NCBI GenBank assembly: GCA_905178155.1
Contig: CAJINV010000004.1
Location: forward strand, 2,122,391 to 2,186,390
Direction of reading: 5' to 3'
Length of the DNA: 64,000 bases
Source: Amoebophrya sp. A120
Taxonomy: Eukaryota; Protista; Dinoflagellata
A model generated the notes under the pieces. It was not told the DNA's origin, ran no database searches, and saw only the letters and a program-made list of their open reading frames with translations. A program made the position numbers and the translations under genes. Each line of letters starts with the position of its first letter. Position 1 is the stretch's first letter. Below are positions 26,001 through 36,691 of the stretch, one piece after another.

Positions 26001-29000
26001 ACTTGTAATGCGCATTTCCATGAGAGGCATTTTCAATCGTGTTATGCAATATTAATTTGTGATGCTGTACACAGGATACCAGGATGGAATTGTGATGCGG
26101 GTGTCCTTGCTAACACGCATTACAGTACGGAGAAAAATTTGTCATGCGTGACTCCCAAAACTTCTGGATCTGTGTTGCAGAATTCCCAACTTGACTCTGG
26201 GGTGGGGACGTTTTTACACAGGATACACGTAGTACCCCTTTTTCGCAGTCGGCGTTTTGTGGATCGTGAGCGCCGGGTGGCGGTGGTAGTTCAGCAGTGC
26301 CTCGTTGCGCTCGACGAAGTCCGCAGTCAGGTGCGTTTCGTTCTGCATACTACTCGTCTGTATCAACTGCAAATACGTCTGGGAGGTCTGGAAAGGTGTA
26401 AGTAATGCGAAGTTGTGAACAACGAATCATGTTCTTGCCATGCACAACCAAGCATGAGAAGTTTGTGTTTTTGAGATCAGGTCGAGTGTTCCGCATGATT
26501 CCGCATGGCAATAAACTAGGTTTATTTTGCACGACGAGATGAAATAGGACCTCTCCGTGCACGTACCATCACAAGCTGGTGTACACGTATGTCAGACGAG
26601 CATGACGAATTTTTCCAGACCCAGACATACTTGATGCAAGGCCTAGTCTGCAACCGCCCCACCTCCACCGCTGTGTCGCTCGAGGTTTTCTGGTCCCGCG
26701 CACAGCAATTCATCGCAAAGTTTACGTGGTGCAACTTCTCGTCGCGCAAAAACCGCATGCCCGGCGGGATCAGCGTGACCAGCGGCGACTCTTCATCCTC
26801 TGCCGTCGATACTGGTTGCAAGGTCGAGATCCAGGGCGGAGCTACAGAATCCGATTGCACTGGCACGTCTTCTATTTCGTGTTCCCCCATCCTCTCGCCG
26901 CTGTCCAAAATCGTTTCCCTTCCCTCCCGAATTGTGCAGCCGGAGAAGAACGGTAGGTGGTCGGAAATGCGGCACACGACACCCCCGCACAGATCCGCCC
27001 CGAGGTGTACTATGCGAGAGAAAAAAAGCTATGTAGCATACCACATTTGTGAAACGCAATCTCATGTCTTGCACAGGCACAAGATGACAAATGATGTACG
27101 CTATCATGCTGATTTTTTTCTGTGAGATATGCACGCAGACGTGCTTTGCGCGCTCGACACTCGAGAATTCCTCCTCCACCCGCGCGGCGTAGCCGTCGAG
27201 GGTGAACCCTCGCACCACCCGCCATCCGTCCTGCGTGAAGGTCTTGCCTCCTGTATGCATTGCAAAAGTATCGTAGTACTCGTAGTAATTTATCATCGTG
27301 GACGTGCATGTGCATCATAAACTCTTTTTCTTTTCACGCGAACAACAATCAATGCGCATTACCAATCCCATTTTTCAAGCTGAGGAAATTATTTGTCAGC
27401 ACGCGATTTCTACTAGTGCGATGGTTTCGCAATGCATATCCTGCTTCCGGGAGTGATTTGTCGTCCTGCCGGTGCGCCAGGTCGTGGTATAAATCGATGA
27501 CCGGGCGTCGGGGCGAAACGGGTTTCTGGGCCCGCCGTGTGAAATGCAAATATGTCTGGGTCTGGAAACCTGTGATGCTGAGTTGCGCATGATTGAAGCG
27601 CTTGCAATGGCAGCCAAGCATGACAAGTTTTTCAGGCACCTGTTGATGCCTAGCACGGATTACAAATCGCGTTTTTGCATGACAAAGGAAGCTCGTCTTT
27701 ATTTGCTGCTCATGCAACACAGATTTTCCAGAAATGCAAGACACGCATCACAAGTTTCACTTTTCCCGACCCAGACATATTTGCACTTCATACGCCGCAT
27801 CAGCACAGACACGTGGTCGCGGAACTCGAAGGGATGTATCCTGTGTAAAAACGTCCCCACCCCAGAGTTGTCATGCAAATGTGCAATGACAGGAAGATTT
27901 GTAATGCGCACTTCCATGAGAGGCATTTCCAGTCGTGTTTTGGAATTTGTAATGCTGTAAACAGGACGAGAAAATGGCTTCGTCATGCGGCTTTCCTTGC
28001 CAGCCAGTACTACACTGCAGATGGAAACTTGTCATGCATAACCCCCAAAACTTGGGGATTTGTGTTGCAGACTTCCCATCTTGACTATGGTGTGGGGACG
28101 TTTTTACATAGGATAGGATGCTCAGGATTTTCTTCCTCGGGGGAAAGCGTCCGCTCCCGCTCGCAGTGTCCGGGAGAAAAAGGCTCACACAGTATTATGC
28201 AAAATTCTGACCTGGGTAGTTAAGAAGGCCCATAGGATGGATCATCATGGTCAAAATTCAGGTGTGCTTTTGTGGTGTTGTATCTATGTTTGCAGTACAG
28301 CTACTGCATGCTAGCTTTTTTCTGTCGCGTACGTAAAATTCGGAGAGAACGTCCTTGCCTCGGTGGTCCACCACGTGCGGTTCCTGCTCGAATAACACGA
28401 GGTTCTGCCATTCCCCGTACCACGCTTCAGCTCTGTAGGGGAGAAAGAAGAGGTTTCTTTTGCCAAAAAAAATTTTTGCCGATCACGCGATGCTGCGGTT
28501 ACGTCAGTTCTTTACATGTTTTTATTTTTCCGGCGGAAAAACATCTTTATTGAAGTTTTTATTTTCATTTTTCTTTTCCAAGACTCCGACTTCTGTATTG
28601 ATTTTATTTTTCTCCGAAGTTGCTGTTTTGCGTGAGGGCTGCAAGAGGTAACCCAAACGCCGTCTACACCGTCGCGCTTGTTGTCACTTTCTTTGGGAAA
28701 AAAATGCAGCACGAATCGAGTTTCACTTTATTTTGCAATAAAAGAAGGAACAACAGACGGGGTAACTATCAAGCCACGCTGCGCTGCAAAAGAACTTCTT
28801 AGTCGTTACTGCCTCATCTTCCCCGCGTGACCACCACGACATCAATTAGAGCTGTTGAAGAAACCTCGCATCTTTATTGCTTGCCCTCGTACTTTGTCGC
28901 GAAAGCGTTTTCCGAGTCCAGAAAATGTACGTGTGGAAGGTGGGAGGAAAACAGGTCCGCCGGGGTTTCACCGAAGGAAAGGGAGGGCACGGTGTCCGGC

Positions 29001-32000
29001 ACGTGCGCGCCGAACACGACCCGTGGCAGGACGCGCAGAAAGACCGAGAAGGGGAAGCGATACAGCATGCGCAGCAAATCGTCGACGAACGCCACTCCTC
29101 GGGCCGTCCCCTGCACGAACAGCGCGGATTTTTTCAGCGTGTGGGGCTGGTAAAATTCCGGCAGCACGTTGATGTCGGCTTCCCAGAAAAAGTCGAAGGG
29201 CTTTTCCTTGACGAAAATGTGGTGCAAGGAGAGCCACCCGGCGTCCAAATGGTTCAGCAGGGCGAGCCGCACGTAGGCCAGCAGACTCAGCATGGGCGTG
29301 GTCACCGACAACCGCGGAAAGCAGTACTTTTGGTAGATCCACGGATTTTGCTGCAGGAAGTCCTCGAAGGCTTGGAGCGACCAGTTTTCACTGATTTCCT
29401 CGGGGGAGGTTGGAGCTTCGACACTACTGGGGCTTTGCGGATTTTCTTTATGCGGGTCCTCGTCGTTTTTGTTAATATTCTCTACTTCTTGCTCTCGTCT
29501 ATGGTTTTTTCCCCAACTACGTCGGCTCGAAGATGAGAATGATGCTATTTCCTCTGAAACAAGCTCCGCGGCCACGTGTCGGTGCCGCTCGTTTTTCCAC
29601 AGCAACAACAACGCCTCCCGCACGCCCGCGTGGCACATCAGCGCGAAATTGGGCTGCTCGTAGAGCAGCGCGACGCCCCCGTTGTCCCGCGATCTACGGT
29701 ATCAAGTGTAAAAGTGTCTGGGTCTGGAAGAATGCATGTTTGTCATGCTTGTCTGGCGTGACTATTAAATCTGTCACGCACGTTGCCCAAGAGCCGCATT
29801 TTTCTGTCATGCGGAGACGCAATTTGTCATGCAGAATAGGCAACACTTACAAGCTCAGAAATTTGTCATGCTGAGCCAGCACTTTTGGCCTCCTCATGCT
29901 ACGCCACGCAGCATCACAAGTTTCCAGACCCAGACATTTTTACAGTTGATATACGGAACCACCGTTCCATAAAATCCGCAACGCGGTGGGTCTTGTCCGC
30001 GGTTAGAAGGAGAAAAACGACGCGATTCCGCCGTGCAATGTCCCGCCGCAACCGCTTCTGCAACGCCGGCAGTTGCCACGTCATTTCCTCTTCCTCCGTT
30101 TTTATCAGCGTGCTCGTCCTGGGAGTTTGTCCTTCTTGTTGTTCCTGGTGCTGGAATAGTATGCTCTGCAAAAGTTGCACTAAAAACGGCCGCGCACTTG
30201 ATTTTTTACCGCACAACCTGACAACATGCCGCGTCTTCTGGTATTTTATCTAAGACGATTGGAACAAGCCTCGCTAGAAAAATTTTCGAGTTCATGCTAG
30301 CGCGCTATTTTTGATGATAGTGCTTGTGGTTGTGCATGTGCAGTGCATAAGCTGGGAATTAATGAAACCGCCTTCCGCCACGGTAACTTCATTTGGTTCG
30401 TTGAGGAAATGCCCCTCGTCATCGAGTTCACGTGCGGACTGGTCCGACCTTCGTGCGGATAATTCTCCTGTTTGACGATTATAAGCGGGTTCTTCTCCCT
30501 CAGCATCATCTCCGCTTCGGCGATTGTAGTACTGCAACTCCAACACCGGTCGGGGCAGGTCCAAGCGGACCCGTTTCAACAGCGAGATTGCGTGTTGCAG
30601 CCCGAACCAGCGCCACCGGCTGTGCAGCAGCACGTTCACCATTTCCGGCGTGAAAAACTTCGCCTGTTGCTGCCAAATGCGCTCCACGCCGCGGAACACG
30701 TCGTTCTCGTTCAGAAGCATGCCGAACGCGCGCAGCGAGGTGGCGGCCGCGACCCCGAAAATGCACAAATTGGTCCAGTAGGACACCGGCTCCCCGTTAT
30801 TACAGTGAAAAACGCCCCCACCCCCAAAGTTGCAATATTTTGTGATGCGAAGTTTGCAAATGAAAACTTTTTGCCATGCATGAAAGGAGTATGAATCTTT
30901 CTGATGCAGAGTCTAGGCGTATATAGCAGCGCTTGCATGCCAAGCGCCGCTCTTGCTGGGATCTTTTGCAATACAAATTTTTGCTATTCACGATTGAAAA
31001 CTTGTGATGCTGATAGACGCAAGAGGGAGAATATTTCATTTGGAAAGGTTTGCAATACAAATGCTCCCAGGTTCTTGGGTGGGGGCATTTTTAATTGTAA
31101 TACCCGTCCAGTTGCGTGTTCGACGCCGACTTCCACACTATCAACTGCAAATATGTCTGGGTCTGGAAGAGTGGAACTTGTAATGCTGTCCGCGGATTCT
31201 AAAAGTATCTGTGTTGCATGAGCAGCAAGAGGACTCCAGTTCTTGGCACGCGAAGAGAGCATTTGTCATGCGTAATTAGCATCAAGAAGCTCTCAAAAAA
31301 TCTGTGATGCTAGCACCAGCATCACAGACCTCACGGGTCATGCAAAATATGCATGACAAGCCTCGACTCTTCCAGACCCAGACATATTTGCAATGCATAC
31401 ACACGATGCCGCTGCCAAAGTCCATCGCCTCATCCAGCGACCGCTCCAGCTTCTCCAAGGGAACATCCACCGGCGGCAAAAGCGGGTGGCCGGACAACTG
31501 CAGGATGGCCTCGGTGACGGCCTGGTAGGTGTGGCGGCGGAACCGGACCCACTCCAGACTCGGGTGCGGCGAAACGGAGCAGTTATCCAAAAGGAAAATC
31601 CCCCCTCCCCATATCGAAGTGGAAATCTGTGATGCGGGATCTGTGTACACAAATCGGATTTGTCTTGCCGTAGAGGACTGCAGAGAGATACAAAGCCCGG
31701 AAAGGGGTGGCTTGGGGTACGCACTTAGCATGGCAGACGTCTGCCCTAGTAGCCCAGCAGCATTACAAATCGCATGCGAAATGCAGCGGAAGCCCTGGCT
31801 TTGCTCTCTTGCAAGACAGACCGGATTTGTGGCCACAAATCAGCATCGCAAATTTTGAAAAGCACGCCTTTTCGATATGAGGAGGGGGGATTTTTCCCCA
31901 CAATAGCAGTCCTCCGGAATGCCCTCGATGGTGCTCATTTCCTCCCCCGAAAGAGCAGGACCCCCCGAACTATCTTGATTTCTCGGCAAGGAGGAAGCGG

Positions 32001-32739
32001 GCTGCGCGGGGCGCTCCAGCAGCTTCTCCCGCTTCAAAAATGCCGCCTGCGCGTGGTGTCCTCAGTAAAACCGCGTGCACATCACGAGATTCAGAAAGAT
32101 CATGGGGAAAAAGGTAAGTATGCAAAAAAATTTATCGGCTGTTTCGGATGGCTACAATTCTGGGCTCTCAGCATGGTCCAAGTTTGGTCCGTGGAGCCGC
32201 AGCACATCGAATCCATCATATTATCCTTATTGGAGCATGATCACAATTTCCAAGATAGCGTTGCACAATGGGTAGAAGAAACATTTTAGGCATGCAGATT
32301 TGCCTATACAACTCGGCTCGAGTTCTCGTGGGGACGAGGTTTTTCCTCAGGATACGTGGTCCAAGAAAGCGAAGACCGGCCACCGCGAGGCCATCACGTC
32401 GTCGTAGGTAACCTGCACCAGCTGGATGCACTCCAGCACCGAAACACCCTTGTCCGCGGCGAAGCAGGCAATCAACTTGCCCAGGGCGCAGCCCCGCTCC
32501 GTGAGCGCCAGCCGGGCCGTCGCGGCGTCGAGCAACGGGTGCTGCTGCGAGTGGTCGGGCAGGTCCTGTTGCTCCGTTTCGTAGTAGGTTTGCACGTTCT
32601 CCACCACTTGCTTCTGCAACCGCATCCAGAACGGCGAGCCGATGCAGTCCACGTCGGCTGGAACGGCGGCGCGGCAGGGGAGGACAGAGCATGAAGACCA
32701 CGCAAAGAGGAAAAGGACTAGGTACCAGCACATCTTCAT
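23099..32739 (-). CDS. Putative glycosyltransferase-like protein with N-terminal signal/anchor, split by about 18 introners (may be two genes)
   Basis: Reconstructed exons: DFVERNEALL..KKGYYVWKAFIFLQAL..DTIVVWSDAG..EGDWSKRDAFLL..QIASSLIMARKT..QWLMHSEDPRIMTEE..NNNDDQTAFSLNFKK, resembling GYWxWKP/xDAG/HRHDQ GT-A-like families; first exon MKMCWYLVLFLFAWSSCS is hydrophobic. Confidence 0.6.
23247..23563. mobile_element. Introner, family C
   Basis: tatcccgaaaaagaacgtcccc / ggggaggtttttattccacata; direct repeat cctcg. Confidence 0.82.
23666..24026. mobile_element. Introner, family C (degenerate)
   Basis: gatcctgagggaaaac / gttttcactcaggata; direct repeat gttgc; removal joins LLGRN to LAKF. Confidence 0.8.
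24145..24409. mobile_element. Introner, family D
   Basis: tatgcagtgc / gcagtgcata; direct repeat tgggg/tcggg. Confidence 0.72.
24422..24634. mobile_element. Introner, family F-like
   Basis: tatcccacgaaaaaagtgtttcactgtg / cacagtgaaacagtcttttcttgcgata; direct repeat ttccg. Confidence 0.85.
24747..25009. mobile_element. Introner, family D
   Basis: tatcaaatgcaaatat / atatttgcaatgcata; direct repeat tgatc. Confidence 0.88.
25072..25294. mobile_element. Introner, family B
   Basis: tatgagggtgcacaact / agttgtgcactctcata; direct repeat taagc. Confidence 0.9.
25385..25644. mobile_element. Introner, family D
   Basis: tatccattgcaaatatgtctgggt / acccagacatatttgtacttgata; direct repeat cgcca. Confidence 0.88.
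25726..25893. mobile_element. Introner, family F
   Basis: tatcacccagacaaaagctagcag / ctgctagcttttttccgtgggata; no clean direct repeat. Confidence 0.65.
25934..26225. mobile_element. Introner, family C
   Basis: tattctgagtaaaaacgtccccaccccagagt / actctggggtggggacgtttttacacaggata; direct repeat cacgt. Confidence 0.9.
26361..26645. mobile_element. Introner, family D
   Basis: tatcaactgcaaatacgtctggg...ccagacccagacat...gccta; direct repeat gtctg. Confidence 0.75.
27011..27129. mobile_element. Introner, family F-like (short)
   Basis: tatgcgagagaaaaaaagc / gctgatttttttctgtgagata; direct repeat tgtac/tgcac. Confidence 0.6.
27254..27438. mobile_element. Introner, family D-like
   Basis: tatgcattgc / gcaatgcata; direct repeat tcctg. 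Confidence 0.78.
27538..27792. mobile_element. Introner, family D
   Basis: tgtgaaatgcaaatatgtctgggtc / gacccagacatatttgcacttcata; direct repeat cgccg. Confidence 0.86.
27837..28115. mobile_element. Introner, family C
   Basis: tatcctgtgtaaaaacgtcccca / tggggacgtttttacataggata; direct repeat ggatg. Confidence 0.9.
29700..29951. mobile_element. Introner, family D
   Basis: tatcaagtgtaaaagtgtctgggtctggaa / ttccagacccagacatttttacagttgata; direct repeat tacgg. Confidence 0.88.
30798..31102. mobile_element. Introner, family A (305 bp)
   Basis: Direct repeat cccgt; colinear, highly similar copy of 613-917. Confidence 0.92.
31139..31399. mobile_element. Introner, family D
   Basis: tatcaactgcaaatatgtctgggtctggaagagt / actcttccagacccagacatatttgcaatgcata; direct repeat cacac. 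Confidence 0.9.
31584..31905. mobile_element. Introner, family E (opposite orientation to 20886/21326 copies)
   Basis: tatccaaaaggaaaatccccc / gggggatttttccccacaata; direct repeat gcagt. Confidence 0.86.
32057..32354. mobile_element. Introner, family C-like (degenerate)
   Basis: tgtcctcagtaaaacc / ggtttttcctcaggata; direct repeat cgtgg. Confidence 0.7.
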
Positions 32740-33636
32740 CAGTTTGTTCACTAGTCCACCCACTGCGGTCCAAGAAGAAGACGAAGAGGAAGATGACACA
32801 TCATCATTCTGTCGGTGGACTGCGAGGAGGTGGAGCATCTTGGTTACTAATGCCCGTACTTTTTCCGGGCTGGTGTGCTCCGGCGGACCCACCGGGAGGC
32901 AGCTGCGACGTATCAGGCGGCGTCTGGCGGTTCGCAGGACCAACGGGTTGTAGTTGAGCACTCCACCGCAGGTCGGTGTCGCGTGCAAGCGGGCGCCGCC
33001 GCTGCCGAAAGCTCCCGTCCGGGCGAACGGCGATAGGGATCTGTGATCGGCTGCTTTTGTCCATGTCTGGGTAGTTTTGTCCATGCTGGCGGCCCGCCCT
33101 TTGTCCATACGTCGATCTCCACCGGCGCGCGGAGCAGCGGGCAGAAACTTCATTGTTCCCGGCTTCGGTTCCAGATCGCGTCTGGCGCTTTTCGTCACGC
33201 ACCGACGGGAAATGGGTCGAGCCGCATTGCCCGTGCGCCACACGCTGCGCTAGCAGCGATGTTGTTGAGCAAGTCGAAACAAAAGCTGCGGCAGAATTCT
33301 GGTCCTACAACTGGCGTCCTTTTTTATTTTTCATTACCGCGATCAGAATACTTCGATTTGTTGTTGATACCTTGGCCAGGAGGATCTCGTTCCCCTGTTA
33401 TGATCAGAGAGAAGTGTTGCAACTACAGGTCGGGGGAACTAAAAGCGGGATCTTTTTGAACAAATTGCGAGCGGGGACCAACTTTGTTGTGCTTTGATCA
33501 ACTATCCCGCGAGCAGGGGTGAAACGGAAGACTGAAACGAATCAGGTGCGGAAACCGCGGAGAGCGAAAAATGGACGCGCTCAAAGCGCGTCCTGGGCTG
33601 AAACGAATAAAAAATTTTCGTTTTTCACACCCTCGC

Positions 33637-33875
33637 GCACTTTTCCGTCCGGAATTCGAGAAATAATTCTCGAATTCCGGACGGAAAAGTGCTGCGTTCT
33701 TTTGGTGGCCAGACCACCACAAGAACCACCAGTTGTTTCCCCAAAGGAGCCATTGGTTCCCACAGTACTGTGGGAACCACTGGTTCTTTTGGTGAAACAA
33801 CTGGTGGTTCCTTTAGGGGCCGGATCGAAGGCGTTTCCGAGGAAAAACTCGGAAACGTCTTCGATCCGGCACCTA
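33637..33875. repeat. Three closely spaced long hairpins
   Basis: Perfect 26-bp arms gcacttttccgtccggaattcgagaa-ataa-revcomp (33637-33692); about 45-bp imperfect arms centred on cagtactg (33720-33813); about 29-bp arms with loop gaaaaa (33812-33875). Confidence 0.9.
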
Positions 33876-34189
33876 AAAGAACCACCTGATCCCGCCACAC
33901 ACGCGGAGGGCAAAGGTGCGCCTTAGCCTCCAGGAGGCCAAGCTGCACCTTTGCAACGCCTTCCGCGTGGGAAGGCGGAGCTCCGCCGCCCGATTTCGTT
34001 AGAGTTTGCAATACAAATTGGCCTTCTACCCCGAAGGCCAATTTGTATTTTGCCAGATCCGAAGCAGCCGGGGGGCCGGAGAGGCAAACTGGCCCCCCGT
34101 GGCCAGTTTGCATGACAAATCGGGACGAATTTGCATTGCAATTTGCAATGCAAACTCGCCCGAGGTCCGATACCCTTGAGGCGGCTGAG

Positions 34190-34475
34190 GCAAGTTGCCA
34201 GCTTCCGCATTGCAAACTGGCAACTTGCGCACTGCAAGTTGCCAGCTTGCGCATTGCAAGCTGGCAACTCGCGCATTGCAAATTGCCAACTTGCGCATTG
34301 CAAACTGGCAATTTGCGCATTGCCAGCCTGCGCATTGCAAGGAGGCAGCTTCCGCGCTGCAAATTGCCAACCTGCGCATTGCAAACTGGCAAGCCCCGCG
34401 CTGCAAGTTGCCAGCCTGCGCACTGCGAGCCGGCAGGCTCCGCATTGCAAATTGCCAACTTGCGCATTGCAACTT
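34190..34475. repeat. 22-bp tandem repeat (about 13 units) with alternately inverted cores
   Basis: Units such as gcaagttgccagcttgcgcatt and gcaaactggcaacttgcgcact. Confidence 0.88.
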
Positions 34476-35573
34476 GCGAGTCTGCGCACGGCAATCTGGC
34501 AAACTGCATCCGAGTCGGGGCGGGGCCGGGGCTTTGCGGCGAGAACTTTCCGGAATAGGCAGCCCCGCGCAACGAATGCGCGCGCGCACCGACAGAGGCC
34601 ACGCGCCTCAGAAGACGGGGCGGCGGCGCCCCCCCGCCCCCCCTTTGAATCCGCCAAATGGTCTCGGGGGTGCGCTTGGGGCTGGCTTTGTGGCGCGTCC
34701 CGGGATGCTTTTGGGGTTCCGAGCGGCTTGGGCAGCGGATTCAATGGGGGCGCGGGGGGCGTGCACGAAACTGGCAGCGCCGAATTGGCCCGCAAGGCGG
34801 CCGCAGCTGCCAGCCAAGCACGGCGGCCCCGGCCGGGGGCGGGCTGGCTTCGTGGCACGCCGCCTGTAGGCTTTGCCGGCCTGCGGACGGTTTTCGTCGC
34901 GGATTCAACGGGGGCGCGGGGGGAGGGTGCAGAGCCGAGAGCCCCCAAATTCTGCCAAGCCTGCACAGGCGCCGCAGGCTCGCCCCGCTGCACGAGACGA
35001 AGCCCCCGGGAACTGTCCCAGGCAGCCCGCTGGCCCGCTCGGGCTGCTGACCAGGCAAACCCAAAAGAACGCGGCGCCGCAGGGGACGCCAGGCAGCCTC
35101 CCCACGCCGCGAAGCCCCCCTTCCCGGGGGCGGGCGGCGATTGGCAAAAGCGCCGGCCCGCCGGGCCTTGAATAGTATTGATTTACCCCAATTCAATACT
35201 ATTACGCCCCGCCCGCTCCGAAGGCGCGCATCCAGTTGGCCAGCAGATTTTTTTCAATTTTTCTGAAGGAGCCCGCCTGCTAGCTCCCGAAGCTGGCGAA
35301 TCTGGAAAGCGCCGGCCCCCCAGGCCGGCAAGCGAAGAAAACAAGAAGGGCGCGGCGGCCCGTTCTTTCGCTTTCAGAAGTTGCGGGCCCGGGGCTTGCA
35401 GCTCCTCCAGCTTTGAAGCAAGCCGGGAGAGCAGGAAGCAGCGCGGCCTTTCAGGCTGCACGCAAGAGCGCAAGAAGCTTGGCGCCCGGTTTCCGCCGTT
35501 GAACTTTAGCCCCGACGGTATGGCGCGCGCAAGGGGAGGCGTTTTGCGCGCTTTTTCGCCTTCCGAATAAAAC

Positions 35574-35699
35574 GGCTGGCAGGTCTGGCATGCCAGACCT
35601 GCCAGCCCAAAAGTAAAAAAAGAAGAAATTTAATTCTCCTTTTTTTAACTTTGGGTTGGCAGCTCTGGCATGCCAGAGCTGCCATCCGTCAATGACGGA
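35574..35699. repeat. Nested palindrome / cruciform
   Basis: Perfect 34-bp palindrome (35574-35607), AT-rich hairpin, perfect 28-bp palindrome (35657-35684) sharing the core ctggcatgccag, then hairpin tccgtca-a-tgacgga. Confidence 0.9.
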
Positions 35700-36446
35700 A
35701 GGCGGCGAGCGCTTTTTTCATCTCAGAAACCGGGCAGCGCGCTCGGGAGTGAGGTTCTACACGGGCGGAATCCGTGTAGAACTGCAATCCTGAGCGCGCT
35801 GCCTGCAGTGCAGGTCGCGTGGTACATTGAGGCGAATTTGCATTGCGATTTGCAATGCAAATTCCCCAGAGGTCTGTCGCGCACGCAGCACAAATCTGCG
35901 CTGCTTAGCACAGATTTGTGCACTGGCAGAAGCAAGCCGCCCAAAGGGCAAAATTGCAGCACAAGCTGGCCCAAGGAGCTTGGGCTGCAATTCTGCCAGG
36001 CCTCCCGCGCCGGGGGCGAGGGAAAGAGCGGACGTTTTTTTTCAAAAAAAATGAACGCCGTCATTTTTATCCGTTTCAGTTACCCGCTTCACCCTGGAGC
36101 TTTCATGATCGGGCGTGGCGCTTTCGGATGGACATAAGAGAGTGCGCATGCTAGTAAATGAGAAAAAAAAACTGGAACTTTACCGCCAACAGAGCGCCTA
36201 ATTCCACAAGACGCACAATCGGCACTACTTACTCCACGAGCGTATACTTCATCCCAGCTGCTAGTCTGCGCGTGCTTCACGGCGACGCGTTTACCCCCGC
36301 GCTAGTACCTCAGAGCGAACGTGTGCCCATGACACCAGGGGGACATTCCAAGCGAGCGGGAAAATAAATGGCGGCGCGCCGCTGACGCGGCGGAGACTTG
36401 AAAAATGGACAGGGCAGGACGCAGGCCGGACCGGACAGGGCGAAAG

Positions 36447-36627
36447 TCGCAAAATCCCGCGCGTTGGCTGGCCAAAATTGCAAAATACCGCGCGTCGGCT
36501 GGCCAAAATCGCAAAATCCCGCGCGTTGGCCGGCCAAAATTGCAAAAGCCCGCGCATCGGCTAGCAAAAATCGCAAAATCTTGCGCGATGGCTGGCCAAA
36601 ATTGCAAAATCTCGCGCGCTGGCTGGC
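36447..36627. repeat. 31-bp tandem repeat (about 5.5 copies)
   Basis: Consensus gcgttggctggccaaaattgcaaaatcccgc. Confidence 0.9.
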
Positions 36628-36631
36628 TAGG

Positions 36632-36691
36632 AATGGTGGTCAGAAGCATGTGCCACAATTAACAATGGTGGTCAGAAGCATGTGCCACAAT
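36632..36691. repeat. 28-bp direct duplication
   Basis: aatggtggtcagaagcatgtgccacaat at 36632-36659 and 36664-36691. Confidence 0.9.

Noticed and set aside
719-31858. Many 60-150-aa ORFs containing CKYVWVWK, ANMSGSG or QTQTYL
   Set aside because: They are translations of introner TIRs, not proteins.
33625-35570. Long ORFs of 300-356 aa on both strands
   Set aside because: By-products of GC-rich sequence and the 22-bp repeat; the translations are repetitive with no domain signal.
34190-36627. Tandem arrays as CRISPR arrays
   Set aside because: Units are contiguous and degenerate, with no unique spacers or cas genes, in a eukaryotic context.
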